This document shows positions 31,723 through 42,216 of a DNA stretch of 64,000 bases, piece by piece. This stretch comes from Gemmatimonadaceae bacterium (GTDB lineage: Bacteria; Gemmatimonadota; Gemmatimonadetes; Gemmatimonadales; Gemmatimonadaceae), in assembly GCA_040901985.1 (NCBI GenBank), contig JBBDYC010000009.1:184634-248633 (forward strand), given 5' to 3'. Positions within the stretch are counted from its first letter, which is position 1, and each line of letters begins with the position of its first letter. A program made the translations under genes and the position numbers. Below the pieces are notes generated by a model, which was not told the DNA's origin, did not search any database, and saw only the letters and a list, made by a program, of their open reading frames with translations.

Positions 31723-33225
31723 CTAGTCCTCGAAGGAGCGGGGCGGGAGCCCGCGTCGCAGGGTGGAGTTCCGATAGCCGTACAGGAAGTAGATCGCCGT
31801 CCCAAGCAGGAGCCAGATGCCGAGCCCCTTCCAGGCCATCGCCGGCAGGCCCGCCATCACGAAGAGCACCGCCGACGCGCCGCCAAGGGTCACCAGCCAG
31901 AACGCCGGCACCTTGAACGGCCGCGGCCGATCGGGCTCGGTCACCCGGAGCACGAGGACGCCGAGGCAGACGACGAGGAACGCGAAGAGCGTCCCGATGT
32001 TCGTGAGCTCGTATGTCGCGGCATCGTTGGCCACGAGCGCCGCGAGCCCCACCAGCAACCCCGTCGCGATCGTCGTCACGTGCGGCGTGCGGTACTTCTT
32101 GTGGAGCTTCGCCGCCCCTTTCGGGAGGAGCCCGTCGCGCGCCATCGCGAAGAAGATCCGCGGCTGGCCGTACTGGAAGACCAACAGCACCGCGGTCATC
32201 GAGACCACCGCGCCGAGCGAGATGATCCAGGCGAACTGCGTCAGTCCGGCCACCTCGAACGCGTGGGCCAGCGGGTCCGACGACTTGAGCTGCGTATACG
32301 GCACCAGTCCCGTTGCCACCGCGCCGACGATCACGTAAATGACCGTGCAGATCGCCAAGCCCCAAAGAATGCCCCTCGGCATCGTCTTCTGCGGATCTTT
32401 CGTCTCCTCGGCGGCCGTCGAGATCGCATCGAACCCGATGAAGGCGAAGAAGACGATCGCCGCCCCGTGGTGGATCCCGGTGAATCCGTTCGGCGCGAAC
32501 GGCTTGTAGTTCGCCGGGTCGATGTGCATCGCGCCGACGATCACGAAGAGCGCCAGCACGGCGAGCTTGACCAGCACCATCACGTTGTTGACGCGGGTGC
32601 TTTCCTTCACGCCGATCACGAGCAGCCAAGTCACCGCCATCACGATCAGGAAGGCCGGCACGTTGATCAGGACCGGGATCCCGAAGAGCTGCGGCGCCGT
32701 CTCGAAGAGCGCCAGGATCTCCGGGTTCGAGCTGACCCGCGCCTGGAAGTAGCCGGTGGTGAGCCAGCCCGGGATGTCGACCCAGGGCGAGACGAGCGAC
32801 TCGAAGTAGCCGCTCCAGGCGATTGACACCGCGACGTTTCCCACCGCGTACTCGAGGATCAAGTCCCACCCGATGATCCAGGCGACGAACTCGCCCATCG
32901 AGGCGTACGTGTACGCGTACGCCGACCCGGCCTGCGGGATCATCGAGGCGAGCTCGGCGTAGCAGAGCGCGCAGAGCGCGCAGACCGCGCCGAGGAGGAG
33001 AAAGGAGATGGTGAGCGCCGGGCCGGCGCCGTAACGGACCACCTCGCCGGCCGCGTTGATCTCGCCCGCCGCCGCCGTGCCGAGGGTCGAGAAGATCCCC
33101 GCCCCGATCACCGCGCCGATCGCCAGCCCAATCAGGTCGCGCGTACCGAGCGTCCGCTTCATCCCTCCCGCGGCGCCGTCAGGGACCAGGTCCGTGATCG
33201 GCTTCCGCGCCCACAGCGACGGCAT
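31723..33225 (-). CDS. APC amino acid permease (CAT family)
   Basis: GAVIGAGIF, CYAELAS, GSAYAY, FIGFD; start trimmed from ORF 31723..34986. Confidence 0.92.
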   Translation of the reverse strand: MPSLWARKPITDLVPDGAAGGMKRTLGTRDLIGLAIGAVIGAGIFSTLGTAAAGEINAAGEVVRYGAGPALTISFLLLGAVCALCALCYAELASMIPQAGSAYAYTYASMGEFVAWIIGWDLILEYAVGNVAVSIAWSGYFESLVSPWVDIPGWLTTGYFQARVSSNPEILALFETAPQLFGIPVLINVPAFLIVMAVTWLLVIGVKESTRVNNVMVLVKLAVLALFVIVGAMHIDPANYKPFAPNGFTGIHHGAAIVFFAFIGFDAISTAAEETKDPQKTMPRGILWGLAICTVIYVIVGAVATGLVPYTQLKSSDPLAHAFEVAGLTQFAWIISLGAVVSMTAVLLVFQYGQPRIFFAMARDGLLPKGAAKLHKKYRTPHVTTIATGLLVGLAALVANDAATYELTNIGTLFAFLVVCLGVLVLRVTEPDRPRPFKVPAFWLVTLGGASAVLFVMAGLPAMAWKGLGIWLLLGTAIYFLYGYRNSTLRRGLPPRSFED

Positions 33226-34685
33226 CACGACGCCGCCGCCTTCCGTGAGGTCAGGAAGTAGACCGGGACCCCGACCAGCACCACGACAAGCCCGGAGAGC
33301 GCCTGGGCCCGCGTCTTGTCGGCGATGAGGAGGATCACCGCCACCGCCGCCGCCGAGAGGATGTAGAGGGCCGGCAGCACCGGGTAGCCAATCGCCTTGT
33401 AGGGCCGTGGGACATCGGGCCGCTTGGCGCGCAGCACGAAGAGCCCGGTGGTCGTGAGGGCATAGAAGACGAGCGCCGCGAAGATCACGTAGTCGAGGAG
33501 TTGGCCGTACGTGCCGGTGAGGCAGAGCACGCTCGTCCAGATCGCCTGGGCGACGAGCGCCCACGCCGGCACGCCGCGCAGGCTGAGCGTCGCCGCCTTC
33601 CGGAAGAACAGGCCGTCCTTCGCCATCGCCCAATAGACGCGCGCGCCGGCGAGGATGAGGCCGTTGTTGCAGCCGAACGTCGAGATGAGGATCGCGATCG
33701 CCATCAAGGTGGCGCCCGACGCGCCGAAGATCCCCTGCGCCGCCGCCGTGCCCACCCGGTCCTGCGGCGCCCCCTGGATGGCGTCGAACGGCAGCACGCT
33801 CAGGTACGACAGGTTGGCCAGCACGTAGAGCAGCGTCACCAACCCCGTGCCGAGGAGGAGCGCGCGCGGCAGGTTCCTCGTCGCGTCCTGCACCTCCGCC
33901 GCCGCCGACGTCACGCCGTGCCACGAGTCGCTGGAGAAGAGCGACCCGACGAGTGCGGCGCCAAAGGCGACCACGAAGGCGCCCGAGAAACTGCCGCCGC
34001 CCGCAAAGAAGCCGCTGCCGAAGTTCTGCGCCACCGCCTCGGCGTTGCGGCCAATCGTCAGGCCCAGGAGGATCAGCAGGCCGAGCGCGCCGGTCTTCAC
34101 GATTGTCAGCGACGTCTGGACGAACTTCCCCTCGCGCACACCGCGCAGGTTGATCCAGGTGAGGACCCAGACCGAGGCCAGCGCGACGAGCCGCTGCGGG
34201 GTCAGCCCGAGCTCGATCAACCCGCCCGGGGTCTGCAGGTCGAGCCGTGGGAACCAGGCAAACCGGTCGGGCGTGATGGCCGGCCAGAGTACGCCCATGA
34301 ACCGGCCGAAGGCCACGCCCACCGCGGCGATCGTGCCGGTCTGGATGACGACGAAGAGCGTCCAGCCGTAGAGGAACCCCATCAAGGGACCCATCGCCTC
34401 GCGCAGGAAGACGTACTGGCCGCCGGCGCGCGGGTACATCGCCGCCAGTTCGCCGTAGGCGAGCGCGCCGAGAAGGGTCATCACGCCGGTGAGCACCCAG
34501 GCGACGAGGAGCCAGAAGGGCGACCCAAGGGTTCGCGCCATGTCGGCCGAGACGATGAAGATGCCGGACCCGATCATCGTGCCCGCGACGAGCATCGTCG
34601 CGTCGGTCAGGGTCATTGCCTTCACGAAGCCGGGGCTGGACACGCCCGGGGTGTCCGCTGCGGCGGCAGCGTCGCCGATGGCCAT
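33225..34685 (-). CDS. APC amino acid permease (LAT/SteT-like)
   Basis: GTMIGSGIF, YGELAAMYPRAGGQY, RPYKAIGYP. Confidence 0.92.
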   Translation of the reverse strand: MAIGDAAAAADTPGVSSPGFVKAMTLTDATMLVAGTMIGSGIFIVSADMARTLGSPFWLLVAWVLTGVMTLLGALAYGELAAMYPRAGGQYVFLREAMGPLMGFLYGWTLFVVIQTGTIAAVGVAFGRFMGVLWPAITPDRFAWFPRLDLQTPGGLIELGLTPQRLVALASVWVLTWINLRGVREGKFVQTSLTIVKTGALGLLILLGLTIGRNAEAVAQNFGSGFFAGGGSFSGAFVVAFGAALVGSLFSSDSWHGVTSAAAEVQDATRNLPRALLLGTGLVTLLYVLANLSYLSVLPFDAIQGAPQDRVGTAAAQGIFGASGATLMAIAILISTFGCNNGLILAGARVYWAMAKDGLFFRKAATLSLRGVPAWALVAQAIWTSVLCLTGTYGQLLDYVIFAALVFYALTTTGLFVLRAKRPDVPRPYKAIGYPVLPALYILSAAAVAVILLIADKTRAQALSGLVVVLVGVPVYFLTSRKAAAS

Positions 34686-34780
34686 CGGGGAACGGGTTTG
34701 GGGGAGACGGGGCGGCGACGTCCACATCGCCGGGAACGCGACCCGGAGAAGCTACGTGCGGGTCGGGGCCGGGGCCAGCG

Positions 34781-35611
34781 TCAGCGGGGCGCTTCGGCGG
34801 TGATGAACGCCGTGTCGCGGACGGGAGTGCCGTCGGGACGGGTGGCCGGCCGGAATCGCACCTCGGCGAGCATCTCGCGGATCTTGCGGTTGTAACCGGC
34901 GTCGCGCGAGGGGTTGAAGCCGAGGAGCCGCGCCTGGCCGCGTTCGTCCACCTCGAAGCTGGCGACCATCTTGTACGGTCGCACACGATTGGGGACGGGG
35001 ATCGGGAGGATCGCGAGGTTGGTCACCGTCGGGGGGTGGATGTCCCGGCCGCCGCCCCCCGTGCCGGGCCCGTCAGCGGACCCGCGGCCGGTCCCGACGC
35101 CCGTGCCGATCCCTCCGCCGCGCCCGGGACCCATCCCGCCGGTGCCGTCGGTCCCGGAACCCCCACCCGCGCCAGCCGTCGGAATCGTCGTCCCGTCGGT
35201 CACAGGCGCCACCTCGGGCTCGGCGCGCACTACCGGCGGCTCCGGGTCCCGTTCCGGAGGCGGTGGCAGTGGCGCCGGCGTTGTCCGGGTGCTGCTCGGC
35301 TGGGGCGGCGTCGGCGCCGGCGAGAGCTGGAGGAAGCGGATACGCTCGGCTCTGATCTGGCCGCCCCTGCCGCGGAACCCGCCGCCGCCGCCGCCGCCGG
35401 CGGGACCCGCCCCGCCCGCCCCACGCTGATCCGCGTCGAGGACCACCCGGCCAAGGAATGCCGGCAACAGCAGTGCACCGAGAATCACCCCGTGCAGCAG
35501 CCCGGAGAGCACCGGCCCGGCGCGGCTCCGCCGCTCCGCTTCCGGGATCCCGTGCAGGGGACGGAGCGGTCGACGCGGCTTGGCGGACGACGGAGGGAGG
35601 ATCGGTTCCAC
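34781..35611 (-). CDS. TonB-like protein with Gly/Pro-rich linker
   Basis: TM with S..LH, Pro/Gly-rich region, C-terminal FRPA...DG.PV. Confidence 0.75.
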   Translation of the reverse strand: MEPILPPSSAKPRRPLRPLHGIPEAERRSRAGPVLSGLLHGVILGALLLPAFLGRVVLDADQRGAGGAGPAGGGGGGGFRGRGGQIRAERIRFLQLSPAPTPPQPSSTRTTPAPLPPPPERDPEPPVVRAEPEVAPVTDGTTIPTAGAGGGSGTDGTGGMGPGRGGGIGTGVGTGRGSADGPGTGGGGRDIHPPTVTNLAILPIPVPNRVRPYKMVASFEVDERGQARLLGFNPSRDAGYNRKIREMLAEVRFRPATRPDGTPVRDTAFITAEAPR

Positions 35612-35682
35612 GGGTCGGGTCAGGGCATCGGGTGCGATTGCTGGCCGCGGCGGGGTGCGCCGGGGCCACCTGAATAAGTACT

Positions 35683-35716
35683 ACGGCGGGCGAGCCTCGG
35701 AAGGTTCGCCCGCCGT
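35683..35716 (-). terminator. Hairpin after exbD, putative terminator
   Basis: ACGGCGGGCGAGCC-TCGGAA-GGTTCGCCCGCCGT. Confidence 0.6.
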
Positions 35717-35747
35717 GTTCCTGCTCCGGGAGTGCCCGGCGGGCGTA

Positions 35748-36164
35748 CTACTTGGTTTCCTTCGGCGGAATGCCGATGACCTTCACGCCAGCGCCACGGG
35801 CGACGTCCATCGCGTGGATCACGTCCTGGTAGATCACGGTCGGGTCGGCCTTCACGAAGATGATCTTGTCCGGCCGCGGGTCGTAGATCTCCCGCAGGCG
35901 CGCTCCCAGACGGTCCTTCGTCAGCGGCTCCCGGTTGACCGCGAAGCTGCCATCCGCCAACACCTCAAGCACAATCTGGTCTGACTGCTGGTTGGCGGGC
36001 GCGACCGTCGGCGTCGGGTCCGGAAGCTGGAGGTCCACCGCCTTCCGCATCAGCGGCTGCATGATCATGAAGATGATCAGCAGCACGAGCATGATATCAA
36101 TCATCGGCACGACGTTCGGCTCGTTGTTCAGCGAGCCGTGGCTGCCGCCTGCGCTCATTCCCAT
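35748..36164 (-). CDS. exbD: Biopolymer transporter ExbD/TolR
   Basis: EPNVVPMIDIMLVLLIIFM, VKAD. Confidence 0.92.
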   Translation of the reverse strand: MGMSAGGSHGSLNNEPNVVPMIDIMLVLLIIFMIMQPLMRKAVDLQLPDPTPTVAPANQQSDQIVLEVLADGSFAVNREPLTKDRLGARLREIYDPRPDKIIFVKADPTVIYQDVIHAMDVARGAGVKVIGIPPKETK

Positions 36165-36173
36165 AGTCGGCTC

Positions 36174-36641
36174 CTAAGGGGTTTTGGTGCCGGTGGCAAT
36201 CTCGTCGCCGGCAACCGAGGACATCGTTCCCGGCCGCTGGTCCGTGATTGCCCCGATGACGCGCACGCCGTGCTTGGACGCGACGTCCATGGCGTCGAGA
36301 ATGAGGCCGTACTCGAGCGTCTTGTCGGCCTTGATGTAGAGGATCTGGTCCATCGTGCGCACCGCGTAGATCTCCTGGAGGCGCGGGCCCAAATCCTCGG
36401 CGGAAATCGGCTGTCGGTTCAAGTAGTACTGACCCCGTTGGTCGATGCCGAGCACCTGGTCCAAGTCATCCTCAGGATGCGACTTGAGGTTGACCCCTTG
36501 CGGCGGCTCGGCCTGGAAACCCGACGTGATGAGGTTCGTCACCACCATGAAGATGATGAGCAGCACGAGCATCACGTCAATCATGGGGACAACGTTCGGC
36601 TCTGCCTTGACGCCGGCCCCGCTGGTGACAGACATACCCAT
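36174..36641 (-). CDS. exbD: Biopolymer transporter ExbD/TolR
   Basis: EPNVVPMIDVMLVLLIIFM, IKAD. Confidence 0.92.
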   Translation of the reverse strand: MGMSVTSGAGVKAEPNVVPMIDVMLVLLIIFMVVTNLITSGFQAEPPQGVNLKSHPEDDLDQVLGIDQRGQYYLNRQPISAEDLGPRLQEIYAVRTMDQILYIKADKTLEYGLILDAMDVASKHGVRVIGAITDQRPGTMSSVAGDEIATGTKTP

Positions 36642-36668
36642 CGACGATCTCTCCTTGAGGTCTGCGGA

Positions 36669-37409
36669 CTACTGCGAGATCGGCGCGTTGCCCTTCGTTG
36701 CCGCGGTGTTGAATTCGCGGGTGAAGCGCGAGCGCCCGAACTCGCCCGAGACACCCTTGATCAGGTAGTCGATCATTTCCTTCGAGACGTAGGTCATTTC
36801 CGCCGTCAGGTTGTCGATCTTCGTCTGGAAGTAGTTGTACGCCCAGACGGCCGGAATGGCGACGAGGAGACCGAAGCCAGTCGCGATCAGCGCCTCGGCG
36901 ATGCCGACGATGATCGCGGAAAGGCCCGACGAACCCGCCGCGCCCATCGCGGCGAAGGCATTGATGATGCCGAAGACCGTGCCGAGCAGTCCGACGAACG
37001 GCGCCGTCGACCCCACCGTCGCCAGGATGGCCAGGCCGCGCTTCAGCGACACGATCTCGACGAGCATGTTGCGCTCCACCGCGCGCTCGGCCGAGTTGAT
37101 GTCGGAGACCGTCACCGAGCCGTCGAGGATCAGCGGCTTCACCTCATCGAGGGCGCCCCCGAGGACGCGGGCGACGTGCGACTTCTTGTAGGACTGCGCG
37201 AGGTTGATCGCCTCCGAGAGATTGTCCTCCTCGAGGAACTGCGAGAACTCGGGCGCAAACTTCAAGGTCTCCTTCTGGGCCTTGCGCAGGTTCCACCACT
37301 TGCCGAACGCAGTGCTCAGCGACCAGAGCGACATAATGGCCAGCACGATCCAAATGCCCTTGGCGAATGGCGGGCTGTGCTGCCAGATGAAACCGATTGA
37401 CATGTCCAT
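36669..37409 (-). CDS. exbB: MotA/TolQ/ExbB proton channel
   Basis: APFVGLLGTVFGI, IAEALIATGFGLLVAIPA. Confidence 0.93.
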   Translation of the reverse strand: MDMSIGFIWQHSPPFAKGIWIVLAIMSLWSLSTAFGKWWNLRKAQKETLKFAPEFSQFLEEDNLSEAINLAQSYKKSHVARVLGGALDEVKPLILDGSVTVSDINSAERAVERNMLVEIVSLKRGLAILATVGSTAPFVGLLGTVFGIINAFAAMGAAGSSGLSAIIVGIAEALIATGFGLLVAIPAVWAYNYFQTKIDNLTAEMTYVSKEMIDYLIKGVSGEFGRSRFTREFNTAATKGNAPISQ

Positions 37410-37446
37410 TGCAGCTGATCTCCTGAGATGGATTGAAGCGTGGAAA

Positions 37447-38151
37447 CTAGCGTTGCAGCGTGAAGGCGAATGGTTGCTGGACGAGCTGCCGCACCTTGCG
37501 TCCGCCGATCTCGGCCGGCAGGAAGCGCATTTGCGGCAGGGCGCTGCGCACCGCCGCCTCGAACAGGTCGTGCGACTTGCGGAGCACCTTGAACGACGAG
37601 ATCACCACGCGGCCGGTGGTATCCACCTCGAAGGTGGCCAGCACCTCGCCCTCGACCCCGCCGGCCCGCAGGATGTCCGGGTAGCGCGGGGTCACGCCGC
37701 CGGGCAGCGCGGCGACCGGCTTCTCGACCTGGAAGTCGAAGTAGGTCTGGTCGGTGTTCACCACCGTGCCGCCGACCACGCCGGAGGCGAGGCCGCCGGC
37801 GACGCCCCGCCCCGAGAAGTCGTCCTCGTTGGTGAGCGCCTTCGACAGGTCAATCTCGGGGATCACGTCGGGGATGTTGACCGGCGCCGAGAGGACCTGG
37901 AAGCCCTTCGCGATTGGCGGCGGCGCCAGCACGTCGGGCGGCGGGGGCGGCTTGTCCGGCGGCGGGGGCTCGTCCTTCTTGACCTCAATGAAGTCCACCT
38001 TCTGGACGATCTCCTCCTCCGGCTCGCTTCCCGCATTTGCCGTGGCGATCACGGAAAGGCCGATGATCGCGAGATGGAATATCGTCGAGGCGATCGATCC
38101 GCCCAGCGAACGCTGCTTCTTCGGCTTGGACTCGATCAGATTCTTGAACAC
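37447..38151 (-). CDS. tonB: Energy transducer TonB
   Basis: S..FH TM, poly-Pro, PRYP...GVEGEV...F.PA. Confidence 0.9.
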   Translation of the reverse strand: MFKNLIESKPKKQRSLGGSIASTIFHLAIIGLSVIATANAGSEPEEEIVQKVDFIEVKKDEPPPPDKPPPPPDVLAPPPIAKGFQVLSAPVNIPDVIPEIDLSKALTNEDDFSGRGVAGGLASGVVGGTVVNTDQTYFDFQVEKPVAALPGGVTPRYPDILRAGGVEGEVLATFEVDTTGRVVISSFKVLRKSHDLFEAAVRSALPQMRFLPAEIGGRKVRQLVQQPFAFTLQR

Positions 38152-38259
38152 GCGCGCGCTCCTCCAGTCGTGGCCCATCGCGTGATGACGCCCGGGAATC
38201 CCAAGCGTCGACCGTGCCTGAACCTATGGACGTCCGGCGACGCCGGGAATCGGGAAAAG

Positions 38260-38276
38260 ATTAAGATTCGCTTAAC
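38260..38276 (-). promoter_or_regulatory. Candidate OmpR-family (PmrA/QseB-like) direct-repeat box upstream of tonB
   Basis: Minus strand GTTAAG-N5-CTTAAT, about 10 nt upstream of TTCCCG-17 nt-TAGGTT. Confidence 0.5.
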
Positions 38277-38392
38277 TGGCCGCCGGAGCGGCGTTCCGAG
38301 CGCGGCGCCGCGCCTGGGCGTCGCGCACCCAGTCCTACCCGGCGGGGATGACGCGGGGTCACCGGTTTCGATGACGATTCCGTGAATTCCCC

Positions 38393-39838
38393 TCAGGCCC
38401 CGTGGCGGAGCGGCAGCGTGACGGTGAAGGTGCTCCCCCGGCCGAGCCGCGAACCGACGCTGATGAAGCCGCCGTGGGCGTGGGCGATCCACTGGGCGAT
38501 GGCCAGCCCGAGCCCGACGCCGCCACGCTCGCTCGAGCGCGAACGGGCCCGGTCGGCCCGCCAGAACCGGTCGAAGATGAACGGCAGGTCGGCCGCCGCG
38601 ATCCCGACGCCGGTGTCCTGGACGACGACCGCCGCGTGGTCGCCGCGGGACTCGAGCGCGAGCGTCACCGTGCCGCCGCGGCCCGTGTACTTCACCGCAT
38701 TCGTCACCAGGTTCAGGAAGAGCTGCCGCAGCCGCACCGGATCGCCGTCGAGGTGGACCGCGTCCACCCGCTCGATCACGACCGTCACGCCCGCCTCCTC
38801 GCCAAGAATCGTCGCCGTCTCGGCGACGTCACGGATGACCGTGTCGAGCGCGAGCGGCTCCCGGTGGATGTCGAACCGCCCCTCGTCGGCCCGGGCGAGC
38901 GTGAGCAGCGAGTCCACGAGGTCGGCCATCCGCGCCGTCTCGGCGAGCGCCTCCTCGAGCGCCGGCAACTGGTCGTCGGCCAGGTTGGACGACTGCATCA
39001 CCCGCTCGATGTCGGCGCGGAGGACCGCCAGCGGCGTCTTGAGCTCGTGGCTCGCGTCGGCGGTGAATCGCCGCAGGCCGGCAAAGGAGTTCTCGAGCCG
39101 CGACATCATCGCGTTGATCGTCTGGGAGAGGCGGTCAATCTCGTCCTCGTCGGACTCCACCGGGAGCCGCCGGTGGAGCGACCGCCCGTCCTGGATCGCC
39201 TCGAGGTCGGCGATCAGGCGCTCGACCGGGTCGAGGGTGCTCCCGGCGACGGCCCAGGCGAGGAACGCCGAGACGAGGAGGATGATTGGCACCGCGATGA
39301 CGATCGGCGCAAAGAGATCGCCCTCGGCGAACGAGAGGCCGATCATCGCCTCGCCGGCGGCGACCCGCATCACCGGCAGCTGCCGCGACGGCGTCTCGAA
39401 GTGCGAGACCAGGAAGACGTTGGCCGTCGAGTCCATCAGCACGTTCGCCGCCGGCTGCTCGGGGGTCCGGCGAAAGACCGCGTTCACCAGGCGGTCCCGG
39501 TCGCGGACCGTGAGGCCGGCGACGGCCCCGTTGGAGTAGAGCACGCGCGACGAATCGGTGATGATCAGGTAGCCGGGGAGCGTGTTGAGGAATCGCCGCA
39601 CCCCCGGTTCGAGCTGCTGCCCGATCAGGGAGTCGGGCGTGACCACGACCGCGATCTGTTGGGTGCCGGCCTGCTGGAGGATCCGTGAGGCGAGGTCGGC
39701 GACGTTGTCCACGCGCTGGCGCAGCGATCGCGTGGCGCCCGACTGCGCCGCCGACCAGAGCACGGTCGCAAAGATGACCAGCGTCCCCGCGAGGGCGAGC
39801 ACGTAGGCGATCGTCAGCCGCGCGCGGATGGACGTCAC
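38393..39838 (-). CDS. Membrane sensor histidine kinase with HAMP domain (CusS-like)
   Basis: Two TMs, [28 protein letters not shown]. Confidence 0.94.
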   Translation of the reverse strand: MTSIRARLTIAYVLALAGTLVIFATVLWSAAQSGATRSLRQRVDNVADLASRILQQAGTQQIAVVVTPDSLIGQQLEPGVRRFLNTLPGYLIITDSSRVLYSNGAVAGLTVRDRDRLVNAVFRRTPEQPAANVLMDSTANVFLVSHFETPSRQLPVMRVAAGEAMIGLSFAEGDLFAPIVIAVPIILLVSAFLAWAVAGSTLDPVERLIADLEAIQDGRSLHRRLPVESDEDEIDRLSQTINAMMSRLENSFAGLRRFTADASHELKTPLAVLRADIERVMQSSNLADDQLPALEEALAETARMADLVDSLLTLARADEGRFDIHREPLALDTVIRDVAETATILGEEAGVTVVIERVDAVHLDGDPVRLRQLFLNLVTNAVKYTGRGGTVTLALESRGDHAAVVVQDTGVGIAAADLPFIFDRFWRADRARSRSSERGGVGLGLAIAQWIAHAHGGFISVGSRLGRGSTFTVTLPLRHGA

Positions 39839-39844
39839 GGCCCG

Positions 39845-40513
39845 CTATCCCTTGAGCACGTAACCCACGCCGCGCACCGTCGCGATGAGCTTCCGCTCGT
39901 GTCCCGCGTCAATCTTCTTGCGCAGGTGGTTGATCACCACGTCCACGATGTTCGTCCCCGGGTCGAAGTGGTAGCCCCAGGCGTACTCGGTGATCAGGGT
40001 GCGGCTGAGCACGCGGCCGGCGTGGCGCGCGAGATACTCCAGGACGAGGAACTCCTTCGGCGTCAGCTCGACCGTCCGGCCGGCCCGCTTCACCTCGCGC
40101 GCGTCCAGGTCCACCTCGAGGTCGGCGACGGTGATCCGCGGCGGGACGATGGATCGCGGCCGCCGCGCCAGCGCCTCCACCCGCGCCAGCAGTTCCTCGA
40201 ACGCAAAGGGTTTCGTGACGTAGTCGTCGGCGCCGGCGCGGAGCGTCTCCACCTTCGCGTCCACCGCGTCCTGCGCCGTCAGGACGAGGATCGGCTTCTC
40301 GAACCCACGCGCGCGCAGGTTGCGCAGCACCTGCTGCCCCGAGCGCTGCGGCAGCCGGAGGTCGAGGACGATCAGGTCGTAGGGCTGGGACTTGGCGAGC
40401 GCCTCCCCCTCCTCGCCGTCGGTGACGAGGTCCACGCTCCACCGCTGCTCCTCGAGGCCGCGCTTCACGAACTGCCCGACCGTCGGGTCGTCCTCGATCA
40501 CCAGGACCTTCAC
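39845..40513 (-). CDS. OmpR-family response regulator
   Basis: IEDD, VLDL, LTA, KPF, winged helix TVRGVGY. Confidence 0.96.
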   Translation of the reverse strand: MKVLVIEDDPTVGQFVKRGLEEQRWSVDLVTDGEEGEALAKSQPYDLIVLDLRLPQRSGQQVLRNLRARGFEKPILVLTAQDAVDAKVETLRAGADDYVTKPFAFEELLARVEALARRPRSIVPPRITVADLEVDLDAREVKRAGRTVELTPKEFLVLEYLARHAGRVLSRTLITEYAWGYHFDPGTNIVDVVINHLRKKIDAGHERKLIATVRGVGYVLKG

Positions 40514-42075
40514 GCGGACACCACCGGGAGCGTGAGGCGGAACGTCGTCCCCTGACCGAGCACGCTGTCCACCTCAATCGCGCCACCGTGCTCCTGGACG
40601 ATGCCGTAGCAGATCGAGAGGCCCAGTCCCGTCCCCTGCCCCGGCGCCTTGGTCGTGTAGAACGGCTCGAAGATCTTCGAGAGCTCGCTCCGCGCGATGC
40701 CGTGCCCTTGGTCAATCACCTCGGCGATCACGCCGCGCTCGGCGTCCGCCCCCGGGCGCGTCACGATCCGCACCGTCCCCCGCTCGCCCATCGCGTCCAT
40801 CGCGTTCAGGAGGAGCGCCATGAACACCTGCACGAGCTGCTCCGAGTTGGCCTGCGGGACCCGCCCGATCCCGGGGTCGAGGTCCGTCTGCACGGTCAGC
40901 TTCTTGAACCGGACGTGGTGCTTCAGCAGGAAGAGCGTGCGCTCGATGACCTCGTTGAGATTCACCCGCTCCTTGCGTGCGTGCTTCGGCCGACTGAAGT
41001 CGAGCAGCCCGTCCACGATCTGCTTGCACCGGACAACCTCGTTCTCGATGATGCCGATGAAGTCGTGCGTCTCCGGCGCCAACGTCACGCCGGACTTCTC
41101 GAGGTCGTCAATCCGGTAGCCGAGCGATTCGGCGCAGGCGGCGATCGTCGCCAGCGGGTTGTTGATCTCGTGCATCACGCCGGCGGCGAGCTGGCCGATT
41201 GCCGCCAGCTTCTCGGCCTGCGAGAAGCGCTGCTGCGCCTCCTTCCAGTCGGTCACGTCCTCGCCGATCGTGATCACGTGCGAGACGGGGCCGTCGCCCA
41301 GCCGCATCGGGATCTTGGTGATGCGGTAGGTGCGCGCCTCGCCGGAGGCGATGGACTCCATATGGTATTCCTGCATCCGCCCGGTCGCGAAGACCTCGTC
41401 GAACTCGCGGCGCAGCATCTCGGCCGGCTGTCGGTGGAGAATCTCGAAGATCGTCCGCCCGATCGCCTCCTCGCGCGAGACGCCCTGCATCCCGGTCTCA
41501 CGCTTGCGGTTCCAACTCTGGATCCGGTACTCGCGGTCAATCACGTAGAGACCGAGCGGAAGCGAGTCAATGATCTTCTCGGTGAAGCGGCGACCGCGCT
41601 CGATCTCGGCCGTGCGCGAGGCGACCTCCACCTCCAGCTGCCGCGACCGCTCGGCGTGGGCCAGCTCCGGCGCCAACAGGTTGGCGAGCGTCGTCAGCAG
41701 CATCCGCTCCTCGTCCGACAGCGCGCGCGAGGTGTGGACCACCAGCGCGCCAACGCGCCGGTCCCCGAGGATGATCGGCGCCACCTCGAGGTCGCGGACC
41801 ACGGTGAGGGCGTCGCCGAGCCGGAGGCCGGCCCGGACCTGGTCCTCGGTGACGCCCGCCGTCCCGGCGACCCAGGCGCGGGTCAGTCCCTGCGGGGCGT
41901 GCAGCCAGAGGGAGACTTCGACGCCGTCGAGGAACTGGCGGAGCGTGCCGAGCGCCTTCTCGATGCTCGATTCGAGCGCCCGTGCCGAGGCCAGCTCGGC
42001 GCCGATCCCCGCGAGGGCGGACAGGGCGCGGGCGGCTCGACCTTCGGTCGTAGCGACGGCGGACGGCTTCGGCAC
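40510..42075 (-). CDS. Cytoplasmic GAF/PAS histidine kinase (NtrB-like)
   Basis: QAEKLAAIGQLAAGVMHEINNPL, FEPFYTTK, GTGLGL; start uncertain. Confidence 0.9.
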   Translation of the reverse strand: MPKPSAVATTEGRAARALSALAGIGAELASARALESSIEKALGTLRQFLDGVEVSLWLHAPQGLTRAWVAGTAGVTEDQVRAGLRLGDALTVVRDLEVAPIILGDRRVGALVVHTSRALSDEERMLLTTLANLLAPELAHAERSRQLEVEVASRTAEIERGRRFTEKIIDSLPLGLYVIDREYRIQSWNRKRETGMQGVSREEAIGRTIFEILHRQPAEMLRREFDEVFATGRMQEYHMESIASGEARTYRITKIPMRLGDGPVSHVITIGEDVTDWKEAQQRFSQAEKLAAIGQLAAGVMHEINNPLATIAACAESLGYRIDDLEKSGVTLAPETHDFIGIIENEVVRCKQIVDGLLDFSRPKHARKERVNLNEVIERTLFLLKHHVRFKKLTVQTDLDPGIGRVPQANSEQLVQVFMALLLNAMDAMGERGTVRIVTRPGADAERGVIAEVIDQGHGIARSELSKIFEPFYTTKAPGQGTGLGLSICYGIVQEHGGAIEVDSVLGQGTTFRLTLPVVSA

Positions 42076-42216
42076 TGGGCGGCTCCGGGGTTCCGGGCGG
42101 AAGCTATGCCCCGCTTCCGGGGGCGACAAGGCGAGCCGGCCAAAGATCCGCGTGTCGTCTTGACAGCCCGCGCGGCCGGCGTGACAGCGTGCCCTGCCAG
42201 CCGTGCCGACCGGCCC

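Noticed and set aside
33226..34986. N-terminal extension making a 1087-aa permease
   Set aside because: Off-frame overlap of the upstream permease; the real start is ATG 33225.
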